A DNA stretch of 64,000 nucleotides from Camelus ferus (lineage: Eukaryota), in NCBI RefSeq assembly GCF_009834535.1, contig NC_045696.1:2048001-2112000 (forward strand). The letters are read 5' to 3'. The first letter of the stretch is position 1, and the number at the start of each line of letters is the position of its first letter. Position numbers and translations under genes: made by a program. Under the pieces are notes generated by a model that made no database searches, had not been told where the DNA came from, and was given only the letters and a program-made list of their open reading frames with translations. Shown in pieces: positions 1 to 11,919 of this stretch.

Positions 1-1665
1 CCTCCCACGTCCACTCTCCTGGCTTCACGCCGCCTGCCCAGGAGCGGTGTGTCCCGAGGCCACGGCTCCTCCCGCCCAGCTTCCGGATGCCGGGGGGCTC
101 CTTCCTTGCCCGGAGAGCCCGGCCTCTCACCGCGTCCTCTCCTCTCCTCTCTGCAGCCTGGCAGCCCCACTACTAGTCAACTTTCTAAGGCAAGAAAAAA
201 AAATCTGAAAAAGGTTCTTAAATCCTCAAATTTGTGAGGAGCTGGGCCCGGCACTAAAGAGACCGGCTCCACACCACCCTCCACGGTTTCCCACGCCTGC
301 CCCAAGCTGCGTCCTTCCTAAGACACCCCCCTGGGGTCAATTTGAAAGTGCCCAGTGTGAACAGTGAAATCTCTAGGCACCCCCGAACACAGGCAGCCTT
401 GCCCTGTTAATGAGACCTGCCCCCTCCCCAGTTAGCACGGAGAGAGCGGAGCAGCTAAAGCAGGTGATCGAAATCTACTGGCTGGAAAATGTTGTTTCTC
501 CTCATGTGCTTGATCAGATGTCCGAGGAAGAAAAATAATTTGATAAAAAGTCAGATTCTCAATTTTTTGACTCAGCTACGCAAGACACTTCATTTTTAGA
601 CATTAAAATAATTTCTCTTCACTTGGGTTTTTAGAAGCGTTTACGTCTCCTCAGAGTCGAGCCTGTTACTTAGCTGTCCAGGGAACACACAGCAGGAGTT
701 TCTAAATTGTGCAGACCCTCCCTACCGCTGCTCACACTGGGCCTCCCGTAACTGCCGCTGGCAGCCAGGAGTGGAGGGCGGCAGGGTGACCTGGCTCAGG
801 GACGGCTGTGTTACTGGTAGGCCGTCTAACCACTTCCAGACCCACTGTCCCCGTTTGCACAGTGGCATTAGACCATTCGCACAGTTCTCAGCCGGGGAAC
901 GGGGCGGGGCTGCCTGTGAGTCCTGCGAAATGGCACAAGACACTCCGTGTGCACGTTCCGTGTGTAACACTTTGTATATTCTTCTGGGTAAAGAGGTCAC
1001 TGAAATAAAAAAGCTGAGAGCCCCCAGACCGGACAGGCACAGAAGCTCGCTGGCCTCACTAAGTGTGCCTGAGCCTACGGGCAGGAAAAGAGTTCAGCAG
1101 CACGGGGGGTGGCGCTCTTTAAAGGCAAGTATTTCACTACAAATAAACTGCTTCAGGCCTCACTAACTCGCTTCTCTCACCCACACGTGCACACACGTGT
1201 TCACAACGTGTCTCCAGTATACTTGGTGCTACTCATCACCGTGCACAGCGTGTTGTGTGCCACTCACATGGGTACCTTCAACCACTTATCTGAAAAGACA
1301 GTTCTAAAATCAAATCAATGTCCACCTACAAAACCTAATCCTACGTGTCCATCGGGTGAGTAATCCTCATCAGTGAAGACCAGCTCCCAGAGAATAAGCC
1401 AAAGTTACTTTAAAAAATTACATTAAGAAACTGACCTAAGAGGCTCGTTCTGGGCCAACGTGAACTCCACATGCTGAGAGCAGAAGTTACATTTTCAAGC
1501 AATTCATGAATCAGTATAGAGTAACTATGCAAATAATATAGTAAAAAGTGAAGGACATTCAGAAAGAACACTCTTTCCTAAGCACACACAGTTCAATGTC
1601 AGGACTGAAGGTTCAGAGTTCCGGGTCACGGTCAGGAAGGGCAGACTGGGAAAGAGACGACTCAC

Positions 1666-1913
1666 GTCCAAGAGCTCCAGCTCCTGCACACAGCTGTGCA
1701 GCAGCTCGAGGGCGCGCTGAGCCACCTCCCACGGCCTCTGCAGGAAGAGGAGCAGGGTGCACTGGCGAGAGAACAGGTAACTGCGCAGATCTAACAGGGT
1801 GGCTTCTTGCCTCTGTATCAATTCGCGCTTCTCCATATCTATGGGCTTTCGGAGGATCAGTCCATTCCAGCTCTTCACCGGCTGGCAGAAAAAAGTCAGC
1901 CAGTTGGCACCAT
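1666..1913 (-). CDS. TRAPPC10: TRAPPC10 exon 7 (248 nt; DGANWLTFFCQPVKSWNG...VQELELLD)
   Basis: Within ORF 1525..2163; acceptor tgtttag, donor GTGAGT; ends in phase 0. Confidence 0.96.
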
Positions 1914-3009
1914 CTAAACAAACACACAGCATGAAAGGCGCTGACTGCAGATCCGTCCACCTCACTGAGATTCCTGCGCAGGACTGTGGCCCCCAGGGAC
2001 TGACGGGCAGCTTAGAGGCTGGTTGGTCCCTGGGCGCCGGCCCGCCCCTCCAGTTTTTGGGGACCCGGACCAGTGATGTGGGGACAGGGTGGTTACCACA
2101 AGGACACCCGCTCAGGACCTGGCATTTGGTGATGAGCACAGGGGAACGGGACGGAGGCCACAAGGCACAACGTTGTACTGGGCCCAGGAGGCCATGGTCA
2201 GGTCAAGATGCAATCAGAGATGGCTGGGCCAAGGGTCAGGGACAGCTCAGGCTCTGGGGTCAGTCAGCTCCAAGAGAAGGCATGAGGCCCAGGCGGGAGC
2301 TGGGGAGCGGCCTGGCCATGTGACTGTGCTGGTCTGTCTTATCTTCCTTCACCTCACACTTCTCCTTACTTCCTTAAATGTCTGTCTCCAACCATGTCCA
2401 CTACTTGAGTCATGCCCCTCGAGGAAGGGACAGGAGGCACAAGGAAGACATAGCAGCGGGAAGCAGAGGGGGAAAATTCTCAACTGTCAGAAATTTCCAG
2501 CAAGGCCCCCCGATTTTAACTGATAGCCCTAAGGCTTAAATGTGATCTTAAACAAGAGAAGCTACGATAACAAGTCATTCAATCTTCATGAAAACAGTTT
2601 AACCTGTTTTTCTTACTCTGGGAGAGGAGTCATAACCATCTCACTCTATGTTCACACCAGGACGTGGCTCAGTGCTGGCGCACGCAGTGCGGTCAGCGGG
2701 ATGTCAGGGAGCATCTGACATGCCGGCTGCAGCAGCACCCTTCACTGATCTGAACTCAGAGCTGCTGCAGTGCCCTGACAGAGGGGTCTGCCCCACCCGT
2801 CAGCCCCTACCCCAGCAGGTCCCTTGGTCGGGGACCCCCCCATCCCAGCACCCTCCTGGCTCACTCCTACACCTCGGTCAGGCCTCGGTGCCAACGTTAC
2901 CTCCCGGACCAACCGTCTCTCCCCAGCACCGTGTCCTCTCCTGCAGCCTGCACTCAGATCCTCACCACTGGACTTTAAGCCACATACTGACTTTCTGTGC
3001 CTGCCTCCC

Positions 3010-3125
3010 CTTCATGTAAACTCCACGGAAGAAGGAATTCTGCTCTGTTCCTACTGTATTTAGAGCAGTACCTGGCACACCTTGGCCTCTCAGGAAGTAT
3101 CTGCTGTGTGACGAACAAAAATGAA
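3010..3125 (+). mobile_element. LINE-2 3' end
   Basis: tgtaaactccacggaag..tgttc..tagagcagtacctggcacac..ctcaggaagtatctgctg. Confidence 0.6.
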
Positions 3126-4267
3126 CAATCTTACCATTTAGCTGCAAAAGTTGGTCCAGGCTTACTTCTGAATTTTAAATTGCCCCAGATTTATTTTAAA
3201 ACTGAGAGAACAAAGAAATTGTGTGAAAGACAATGTAACAACTATACAAGCTATCTGAGACATGGATGTATAATGTGAGCTGGTAAAAGGCAAGATTTGT
3301 CATTTTACCGCTTCTAAATGTTTTAAACCTGATCGGTAAACCCTTTGCTCTGGGCACACATCTGTATGTGTGTCTTAGCAGAGCAGGAGGTCCCAACCTG
3401 AACTGCATGGACCTGTCAGGGAGTGGGGCTCAGCTGGGGACACCTCACCACTCCAGGACAAGGACGGTGCCCACGGCTCACGTAACTGCCCCAGCACTGC
3501 ACGTCCCTACCGGTCTCCCAGCATCACTCCTTTCTTCAGACACTGTGACAAGGGCTCTCAAAAAGGACCCCCAACTAAGACACCTCTCACAGCACTGCTT
3601 GTGGTAGCAAGAGTGGAAACAACCCAAATGTCCAACACCAGGGGTGGCTGAACACAGCTAACGAACCCGCGCTGTGAAGTGCTACGCGGCTGCCGTCAGC
3701 AGTGGCTCCGACCCTGACCCGTCAGCCTGAAGAGGCGCCGCTGGCGGACGGCTGACGAGGACAGCTACAGGCCGCGGGCGTCGCGGTGTGGTGCCACTTC
3801 TCTCAAAAGCAGCGTCAAGCAGAAAGCAGTGAGCACAATGAGAAGCTTCTTCCTCTGCCACTGTGCTAACGTCGTATTTGTAGAAGACTTAAGACATCAT
3901 TTAAAAGTTTAAAAGATGAGCGCCCTTCACAACATTGTCACGTAAGACTCACTGCAATGACCACTCAAATATTACAAAGACAGCCTCTCAACAGAAGATT
4001 CCACTCCTATGCTCCCAAGGAGGCACAGAATCAGAAGCATCACCAGCCAGCTGTGAGCTGCAGAAATGACACTTTCTATCTAAAAACAACGTTAGCTCTC
4101 AATTCTCATTTCATTTCCCATAGGAACCATAGGAATATAGCCTGCATAATCCATGCAAAAACAACAAAGGACAGCCCATCGCTGGGTGACTAAGCGGCGG
4201 CCCCCGGCCCTGAGGAGCGGGGAGCCTGTGCGGAGGGAGGGGCTGTTTCTAGAGCTCTGCTACTCAC

Positions 4268-4379
4268 CCCCAGCACCAAAGTTGACAACATACTGAGAAA
4301 ACAGGGCGTCCAGCTCATCGTACTGCACCAGGGCGTCTTCAAACTGCTGCAGCATCTCAAAAACAAAGGCAAGTTCCTC
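4268..4379 (-). CDS. TRAPPC10: TRAPPC10 exon 6 (112 nt; EELAFVFEMLQQFEDALVQYDELDALFSQYVVNFGAG)
   Basis: Within ORF 4260..4448; acceptor gaacag after poly-T tracts, donor GTGAGT. Confidence 0.96.
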
Positions 4380-6162
4380 CTGTTCACCCAAAAAAAGTCC
4401 AAAAAAAAAAAAAAAAGCAAAAACATAAATGAATGTGCTGAAACACATAGCTATGAAAGATTAAAACACAGAAAAGTACGCAGCAATGAGCGATACTTGC
4501 GCTATGTGAAGTCAAAGTCAACTTAGTGACCGCTCCTGTCAACCTTTGTGCGCACAGGGAGAGGGGACCAGAGAGAGGGAGGAGGCCCAGTGATTCCTGG
4601 ACACTTCGCCCTGGCCTGTCAGCAGCAGGGGGCGTGACCATCAGCCTCTCGTCCCTGCAGGTCCCCCTGCCTCCCCAGACACGCACTTCTTAAATGGAAT
4701 TCTTCCCCACGGAAGGGCTGGGCTCAACCTCCATTTACTTATTTAAACTGTTTACCTGTCTCTGTGTAAGCCTGTGGGTATTAACCTCACCCCATGGGTT
4801 ACAGCCCAATTCTAGCATTATTTACTTTGTCGCGCAAGCTGTTCCAGCTTCGGCCTGATCAGGAGGCTCCTCTAGGCGGTGCGTCCGTTCTCTTGACAAA
4901 CCATTTCTTCTTGTACGCTTTCTTACTTTCTAGTCCTACAAGACACTGTGTTTCCCCTGCACCAGCCCTGGGATCTAACCCTCCACGAGGAGCCCCGGCA
5001 CCTTGTGCTGGAGAGTGCAGTGTAGAAACCGCGGTCTTGGCACTAACTCACTGCTACTGAGCTGCCATTTGTCCTGGAAGAAACGTATGGATATGTACTA
5101 ACCCTCATTTACCCAAACGTCTGTATTTCTGAATCTATCCATCCGTCATCCATCCACCCAGGGGTTCACACTGAGACCTCAGATTCCAATCCAACACCAC
5201 TGGGTTCATTTAGACTCCCTCTTTCCTTGTTTGTTACTCTTAGAAACGAGTTTAAGGGACAGGGCAACCTGAAAGAGCTGTCACGGGTCAGCCACACAGA
5301 GAACGGTGAGCACGCTCAAATCCCCTTACGAGGCCAAGCTCATCCAAACACCAAGACAGAAGCGGCAGAGTAAGAGATAAAGTTCAAAATTTCTAACGAG
5401 AACTGGTCTTCTATTTATTCAAAGCACATTATTTCTTCAGTAATTAATATACAAGTGATGCTAAAATAGGAAACTTATGCTTTTCAGTCAAAATATGGTG
5501 AACATACTCTGGTCCCCAAGAGAGACGTTCTTACCACCCTGTGCCATGTTAGCAGGGTCTTCTCCCCAAACTACACTATTACACATCCCTTCATTTACTT
5601 AAGACTTTTCTTCTTAAAAAGAAAAAGTCTGATCATTGACCACCATTTTTAAAAACTAAGCATCTCTGTAAACTAGAGTGAAGAACCGAGCTTACAGCAA
5701 TCTTTTATTGGAACCCAAGGTTATGAAACGAAGCCACAGAGGAAGTATTCCTGAGAATTCATCACCTAACCACGGTGCTGGGCCGGGGGCAGATGTCTTT
5801 ACCATCAGGGCCATCACCACTGCTGGGGCCCCTCCGCCCAAGTCATGTCCGGGGTAGACAGCCCAGAGGCCCAAGACCTGAGCAGAACCAGAAATCCTCT
5901 GAGGACGAGGCCTGTTTCACAGAAGGCTAGATGCCAAGCTCTGAAGCGGCCGGGCAGCTGACAACATCATCACTTAGGAGATGGCCTCAGACCCTCTGCT
6001 TTAAGCCGAGAGAACGAAGCATCATCTGTTAGCCAGTTTACTGTCTTTTGGTTCTAAAACTGCGTCAGTTTGAATTACCATAAGAGAGCTCCTTATTCCT
6101 AAAGAATGAGAGAGGGAGGGAGAGGAGGAGAAAACGGCAGAGTCTGGTGGCTCATCACATAC

Positions 6163-6358
6163 CTGAACCATGAAGTATTCACAGAAGCTCCAGCCAGGCT
6201 CAGTCCTCTTCTCCCTCAAGGTTCTCATGTCATCCTCAAACTTGCCCAGGTTCTTGGTAAAAGACATAAGAAGCAATGTCCTGAGTTTGGTCAGGAAGGC
6301 ATTCCAGGATTCCTGAGTTCGGGAGGAGTCCTTCAAGGGGTCGGAGAGCACAACACAC
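6163..6358 (-). CDS. TRAPPC10: TRAPPC10 exon 5 (196 nt; CVVLSDPLKDSSRTQESW...PGWSFCEYFMVQ)
   Basis: Within ORF 6022..6486; acceptor tctccgcag, donor GTATGT. Confidence 0.96.
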
Positions 6359-9300
6359 CTGCGGAGACATGAGCGGACTCTGTGGGAGACGCCCGAGCTC
6401 AGCACCACTGCCCAGCTGCCGCCGCCTTCCTGGGGTGCAAACTGACCTCCTTCTTCCCCTTCCTCCCTCCAACTGGTGAAACACATCAGGCAGGGGGTGA
6501 GGAATCAGATCAGGAAAAGGCTTATCATAAACTGGTCTAATACCACGTGAGCAGTGGGTGCTGCTCCTGAGAGCTGCTGAAGAACGGACTGGAAAGGGGG
6601 AGGGGCTTCTGATGCGTCTTGAGTGTCAGACCCTGCCTCCAGGGCTCTCTGTAACATACGGTGATCATGTCCCACTCAGTTCCCAAACCCCATTCGCCCT
6701 GCCCTCCTCAAAAACCTCTTCTGGTTCCTTGTAACGGACAGACTGAAATTTAGATCTTTCAACGCGGCGCACGAGGACCCTGACCACGTGGACCGGTCTG
6801 GCTGTCTCACTGTGATCCCGACCGCCCCCGACTCAAGCCCGCGGAGCGCCTGGTGCTCCCACCTCCTTCCACCTAGAGAAAGCGGCCCCCCCTCGCCCTG
6901 CAACACCCTGCTCGGCCGACAGGCCACCGGCCCTCTGGGCAGCCAGCGCTCCCCGAGCTGCCGGCCCGCACGGCCCCGCTGGGCTCACACTCCCGCTGCG
7001 CTTGGTTTCTCTCCTTCTTGGTCTGCTTCTCCCACCAGACCGTGAGCTCCTCAAAGCATGGCTAATAAATCATTAAAAACAAAGGCCCAGAAGAATGTGG
7101 CTTAAGTTGCAGGTATAATAAACCTTCACCATGAAAAGACTCCGTATCACGGTGTGAAGACAACAAAGACATAAAAGCACAAGTGCTTCCAGCAGAGCTG
7201 GAAAAGACAGCATGTTCATCCAGCAGGCTGGAAAAGGTGCCTTTCTTTCTAGAAAGAAGATGGATAAACCTGAGCTCAGAAATGCTTTTCAAATGTTGAT
7301 GCTGGGAGTTTTAACACTTCTCCTCCGTGAATATCTCACACGAACTACCAGCAAGTAGCAGAACGACAGGTTTCTAAGTTTCATCTTCTCTGAGCCCCGT
7401 CATACCTCCCGGAGGAAGGACTAAGTCTATGCAATTATAAATCAGTGGAGAAAAAGGGTGAGATGGCCCATACTCTGGACAATCCACCAGGTGAATGAAT
7501 AATCAGTACCAAGAGGAAAATGCAAAAACCGGTAGCTGGCTTTAATTCCAGTCACTCCACCCCACCAGACACTGCTTCTTCCCCCAAAGATGAGGGGGTC
7601 CAGCCAGCTCACTCCCAAGCTCCCCGCCAAAGGGCTAATGCGTATTACTCACTACGGGAGCTGCCAGAACCATCAGCTCAGTAGTCTGCCCCTAAGGCAT
7701 TCTCAAGGGCTGCAATCATCAACATTTATTCTGGACCAGACACAGACCCTGCACCCCTGAACCTACAGGGGAGGGTGAAAACGGGAACTGACACAAACAC
7801 TAAACACAAAAACAGCATGTTTTTCAGTGACCGGTACTTACCAATCAGGCAATATGTTCAGTACACTCTCTATCCCTTATTCTGCCCCTTCAGCGTTTAC
7901 CGTTTCTAGATCCTCTTCTTTTATTAATAAAAAAAACAGCTAAGCTTCAGAAACTCACATCATGCCTAGACAGTTAACTCGTAGAGGGAGAACCCAAAAC
8001 AGCTCAAAGCGGGGCGGCGGGGGCCCATGAGGAGACGAGCACAGTGCTGCGTGGCGGGGAGCCACGGGCTGGGACCTGCCGCCCCCGGAGCGCGGACCAT
8101 CAGCACACAGCCCCCGACACAGCCCCCGTCTCAGCACCCCGAAAGCTCAAAAGTGCACCAAACTCTTACCAAGTACTTTTCCTTTTAGGGACTTAGCCTA
8201 AGGAAATAATTAAAGATGTAAATTAAGTTCTGAGCTAGAAAGAGGTTTATAATGTTGTTTATAATAGTAAGTAAGCAATAACTTCTAATTCCAGCAGAGG
8301 ATTATATAAATAACTTACAGTGCATTAATATTGTAGAATAGTATATACTAACAATAATGGTGTAGAAATGCATTTATTGTTCAAAGAAAAAATTTTCTAT
8401 TAAGTGAAATCTATACCTTAAGAACACAGATTTGACAAAAAAAGAACACGGATTTGTCAAAGGTAGCTTAGGAGATTAATGAAAATCAAAATGTTAGAAG
8501 GTATTTTTAAATACTTAAGATGAAATATTAAAAATTTTTCTAAGTTAAAATATAAAGAAGCACCACTAAAGTTAGTTTTAAATGGGCCAGCAGAAACATA
8601 CTTTTGGCAATGAGATAAAAATTGTAACACAGACAAAAGTAACCCACAAGCACTCTGAAAAACTTACTACAGAATATGAACCTTTCACAAGTTTAGACGA
8701 ATACACCGCGCTAGTGCCTATCTATTTACTGAGTGAAGCCCCCAAACACGCGGTTCCTCTGCAGTGCCCCGAGCGCGGGGAGGCCGCGTGGCCGGCTCCG
8801 CCCCCCCACTCCGGCCCACGGCGTCCGCTCTCACTTCCCCCAGAACAGAAACGTCAGTGTGCGGGGGCACAGGGCGGCAAGGACACTCAGCTGTGGGGCT
8901 TCTTGTTAGAATGTTAAGCTGGTTCCTTTGAGATAACTAATTTATGAACACCAGATTTTAGGAAAAACTTCCCACAAGTCCCAATGGCATGAAATTTCCC
9001 TCAGATAAACCGTAAGCTCAACAAACTAATATTTGACTCAAACTTTAGACAAAGCCAAGTCAGGACACTGCTACGTGGCCAGGATCATGTGGGACAGAAA
9101 GAGGAAGCCCACATGTGGCTGCTTCCCTGAAGAGCTGTGGACTCACGGGGCGGCCCCGCCGCGGACGCAGCCCGCAGGTAAGTCAGCCACGCGGCGGCCT
9201 CTGCTTGGTGCTCCCGGCCACACGCACCCCGGACGTCTTCCCTCACCTCCTTCTGCACCCTTACTTCTTAGCCTCAGCACTGCTTTCTCAGGGCAGCTCC

Positions 9301-10132
9301 AGCAGCCCTCAGAGCAGGCCAGACCCCTGCTCCAGGCTCCTGCCACACTCTGGAACCTTCCGTCTGAGCATTTGCCACCGTGACAACCCCAAGTGCGATG
9401 ATGGGGGTGTGAAGTAACACCCGTCTCCGCCGCTTGACCCCGCAGCTCCAGCGCAGGGATGAGGCTCACCACTGCACCCCCGGACCTGGGGGAGCGAAAG
9501 TGCGAAACTACGAGATACAGACTAAAATGGGCACGGTGTTAAGAAACACGCTGGCCAGCACAGCTGGAGCGGCATCACTGAACAGCAAGGTACAGCAATG
9601 CCCACAGGAGGGAACAAGGCCCAGAAGGGAAAAAGCAAGAGGGGAAGGTAAGTCCACGCTCCAGAGCAGCCTTTCAGATTCCCTTTTAATCTTAACCTTG
9701 ATCTGAAGGAGATTAAGTCAGCATCTTACAACATCTGCTTCAGGAATCCTACTAGGTGTTTAGGTAAACAAATAAAACACAGGGTCCCCTAACCTAAGAA
9801 TTGTTTAGAGACCCCCACTGCACACAAGGGCCACAGACTGCTCAAAACCCTCCTGCGCTGACACCCATTCCCCGTCTTCAGACGGGCCCTGTGTTCGCTC
9901 CCACGGTTGCGGGTGTGGGGCCTCTCGTCCCAGGCAGCCCCTGCATGTTCTTGCCAGCAGCCCAGGAACTCCGCGGGGAGAGGGATGCGGTCCTCCCTTT
10001 AGCACACACCACATGCCCAGGTGTCAGGCACACAACAGGCGCACACAGCGTTCGTATTTATTCCTACTCGGGAGCCAGTAAACTGCACATCCAGGTATCA
10101 GCCCAATGAGGAAAAATAAAAGATACACTTAC

Positions 10133-10329
10133 CTGTCACTCTGTTTATTACAAAAGTCATTCCTTATTTTGTCCACAATAGAAGTTCGAGGAAGGATGTT
10201 GGTTTTGTTTTTTTTCTTGGCGTCATTTTCAACTACTACTATTAACCAGTCCACCGAGCTATGAGATTTCAGAACATTTTGCCACTTTGTAAGGTCGTCT
10301 TTTACTGTAGCTTTATACACTTCAGTATC
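10133..10329 (-). CDS. TRAPPC10: TRAPPC10 exon 4 (197 nt; DTEVYKATVKDDLTKWQNVLK...IRNDFCNKQSDR)
   Basis: Overlaps ORF 10129..10320; acceptor tttattttcag, donor GTAAGT. Confidence 0.96.
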
Positions 10330-11919
10330 CTGAAAATAAACAAGTCACCGTGAAAGCAGGCTAATTAATACTCTTTAGTTTATCTGGCAAGACGTGTCCA
10401 ATAACAAAGAATAGAGCAGCAACCGCACTTGACCACTTCGGGACGGGACCAGCGCGGTGCTGCTGCCGGCGCTTCAGGCTGGCTCCGCACCAGCCCGTGG
10501 ACCAGTGGCTCTGAGGGAGGCTCCCCCAACATACAGGGAAGAGGCGGAGTCAGAGGGCTGAGCAAGCTGCCCACAGCCACAGGATCTGCTTAGTGAGCTG
10601 GGACCTGGAAACCCAGATGTGTACAGCAGAGGCCCCGCACCAAGCGCTGCAGGGTCCCACCCAGCCCCCGGCCCCACCGCGACGGAGCGGCGAGCGGCTT
10701 CTCCTGCTGCAGGCTGGCTGCCCGCCCAGGGCTGCGGCCACTCGCAAAAAGCCCAGGCCGGTCTCACCATGGTTTCCCTCGCAGCCCCTCGGCTCTCTGG
10801 GGGCCCCAGAACCAAGCCGACCTCCATGCCACTCGCAGGCCGTGTCAAGGCAAGGCCGCTTCAGCGGCGAACCCGAGGAAGGAGGACCATCTAGGGCTCT
10901 GAAAGTGGTTCTCATTCATATGGATCCATAGGGAGCCAGCCTGGTCCCAGAAATGAATGTGGCTTCTGACTCCAAGTCCCAAACGCTCCGCCTGCCAACG
11001 AGAGCACCCTGCTTGCACTAAAGCCGAGTCCAGCCTCAGCGCTCTTCCGGGGAAGCAGGGGAACAGAAGTGGTCCTTGCTGTCTGTCTCTGCTTACAGCT
11101 GTCATGAATGCTCCACAAATCCACCTAGCAGACTCAGAGTGAAAACCTAAAACCAAGATGCTTATCTCATTTCAGCACAAGGCGCTTACAAACTTTTGGA
11201 AACTATAATTCATAGCTACTGCTTAAATATCTACTTCTCCCACTTTTAATAGAAAGATTCCTCATTATCCTGTCCGTATTTTGTCTGGATTTTTAGTCTC
11301 TCTCAAATAACACTCATGTGATTTTGATCCATGAATGAGTTAAATTTCATATTCTATATCCAGTCCCTCCTATGATTTAATTGACAAGTGGAAAGTTCTA
11401 AAAGGCAGTACTTAGAAGTTTTAAAAACTGCTATGTCCTCAATTTAAATTTAAAACAACTACAATCTGAAAAAGACCTTCTGGTTTAAAATTAAGAAGAA
11501 AACCACCCTGCAAAATTGATTTTCTGTGAATTACTATCCAACAGTAATGCTCATATACTGCATGTTTCCCACACAATGGCGGTTCTCGGGACCTGAGGTC
11601 TAGACTTTGCGATGTCGGTGTTCTGGCAGAACTCTATGGACCCAGATGCATGCCACCTGGAAAGTGAAACCAAAAGGCTAGGGGACCAGCAGCCACAGAC
11701 TCTGGTAGCTTTAAAATCAAAGAGCAGCCAGTCAAGGTGCAGTGAAGAGCTGGGAAAAGCTCCAAGGCTGTCACGGGGGCTGGTTCCGGGCACCCTTCCC
11801 TGGACTCCAACTCCAGTCCCCCCCGCACCCTCAGCTCTTCTGCTGCACCCCAAGGGGACACCAGCTTGGCGTTATGCAGGGACTCTCAGGAGAGGGCTCG
11901 CTGAGCAGCAGGCAGGACA

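Noticed and set aside
1525..2163. 212-aa ORF as a single-exon CDS
   Set aside because: Only 1666-1913 is TRAPPC10 exon 7; the flanks are intron read in frame.
8421..8461. 22-bp tandem duplication (agaacacagatttgacaaa / agaacacggatttgtcaaa)
   Set aside because: Ordinary local slippage duplication in AT-rich intronic DNA.
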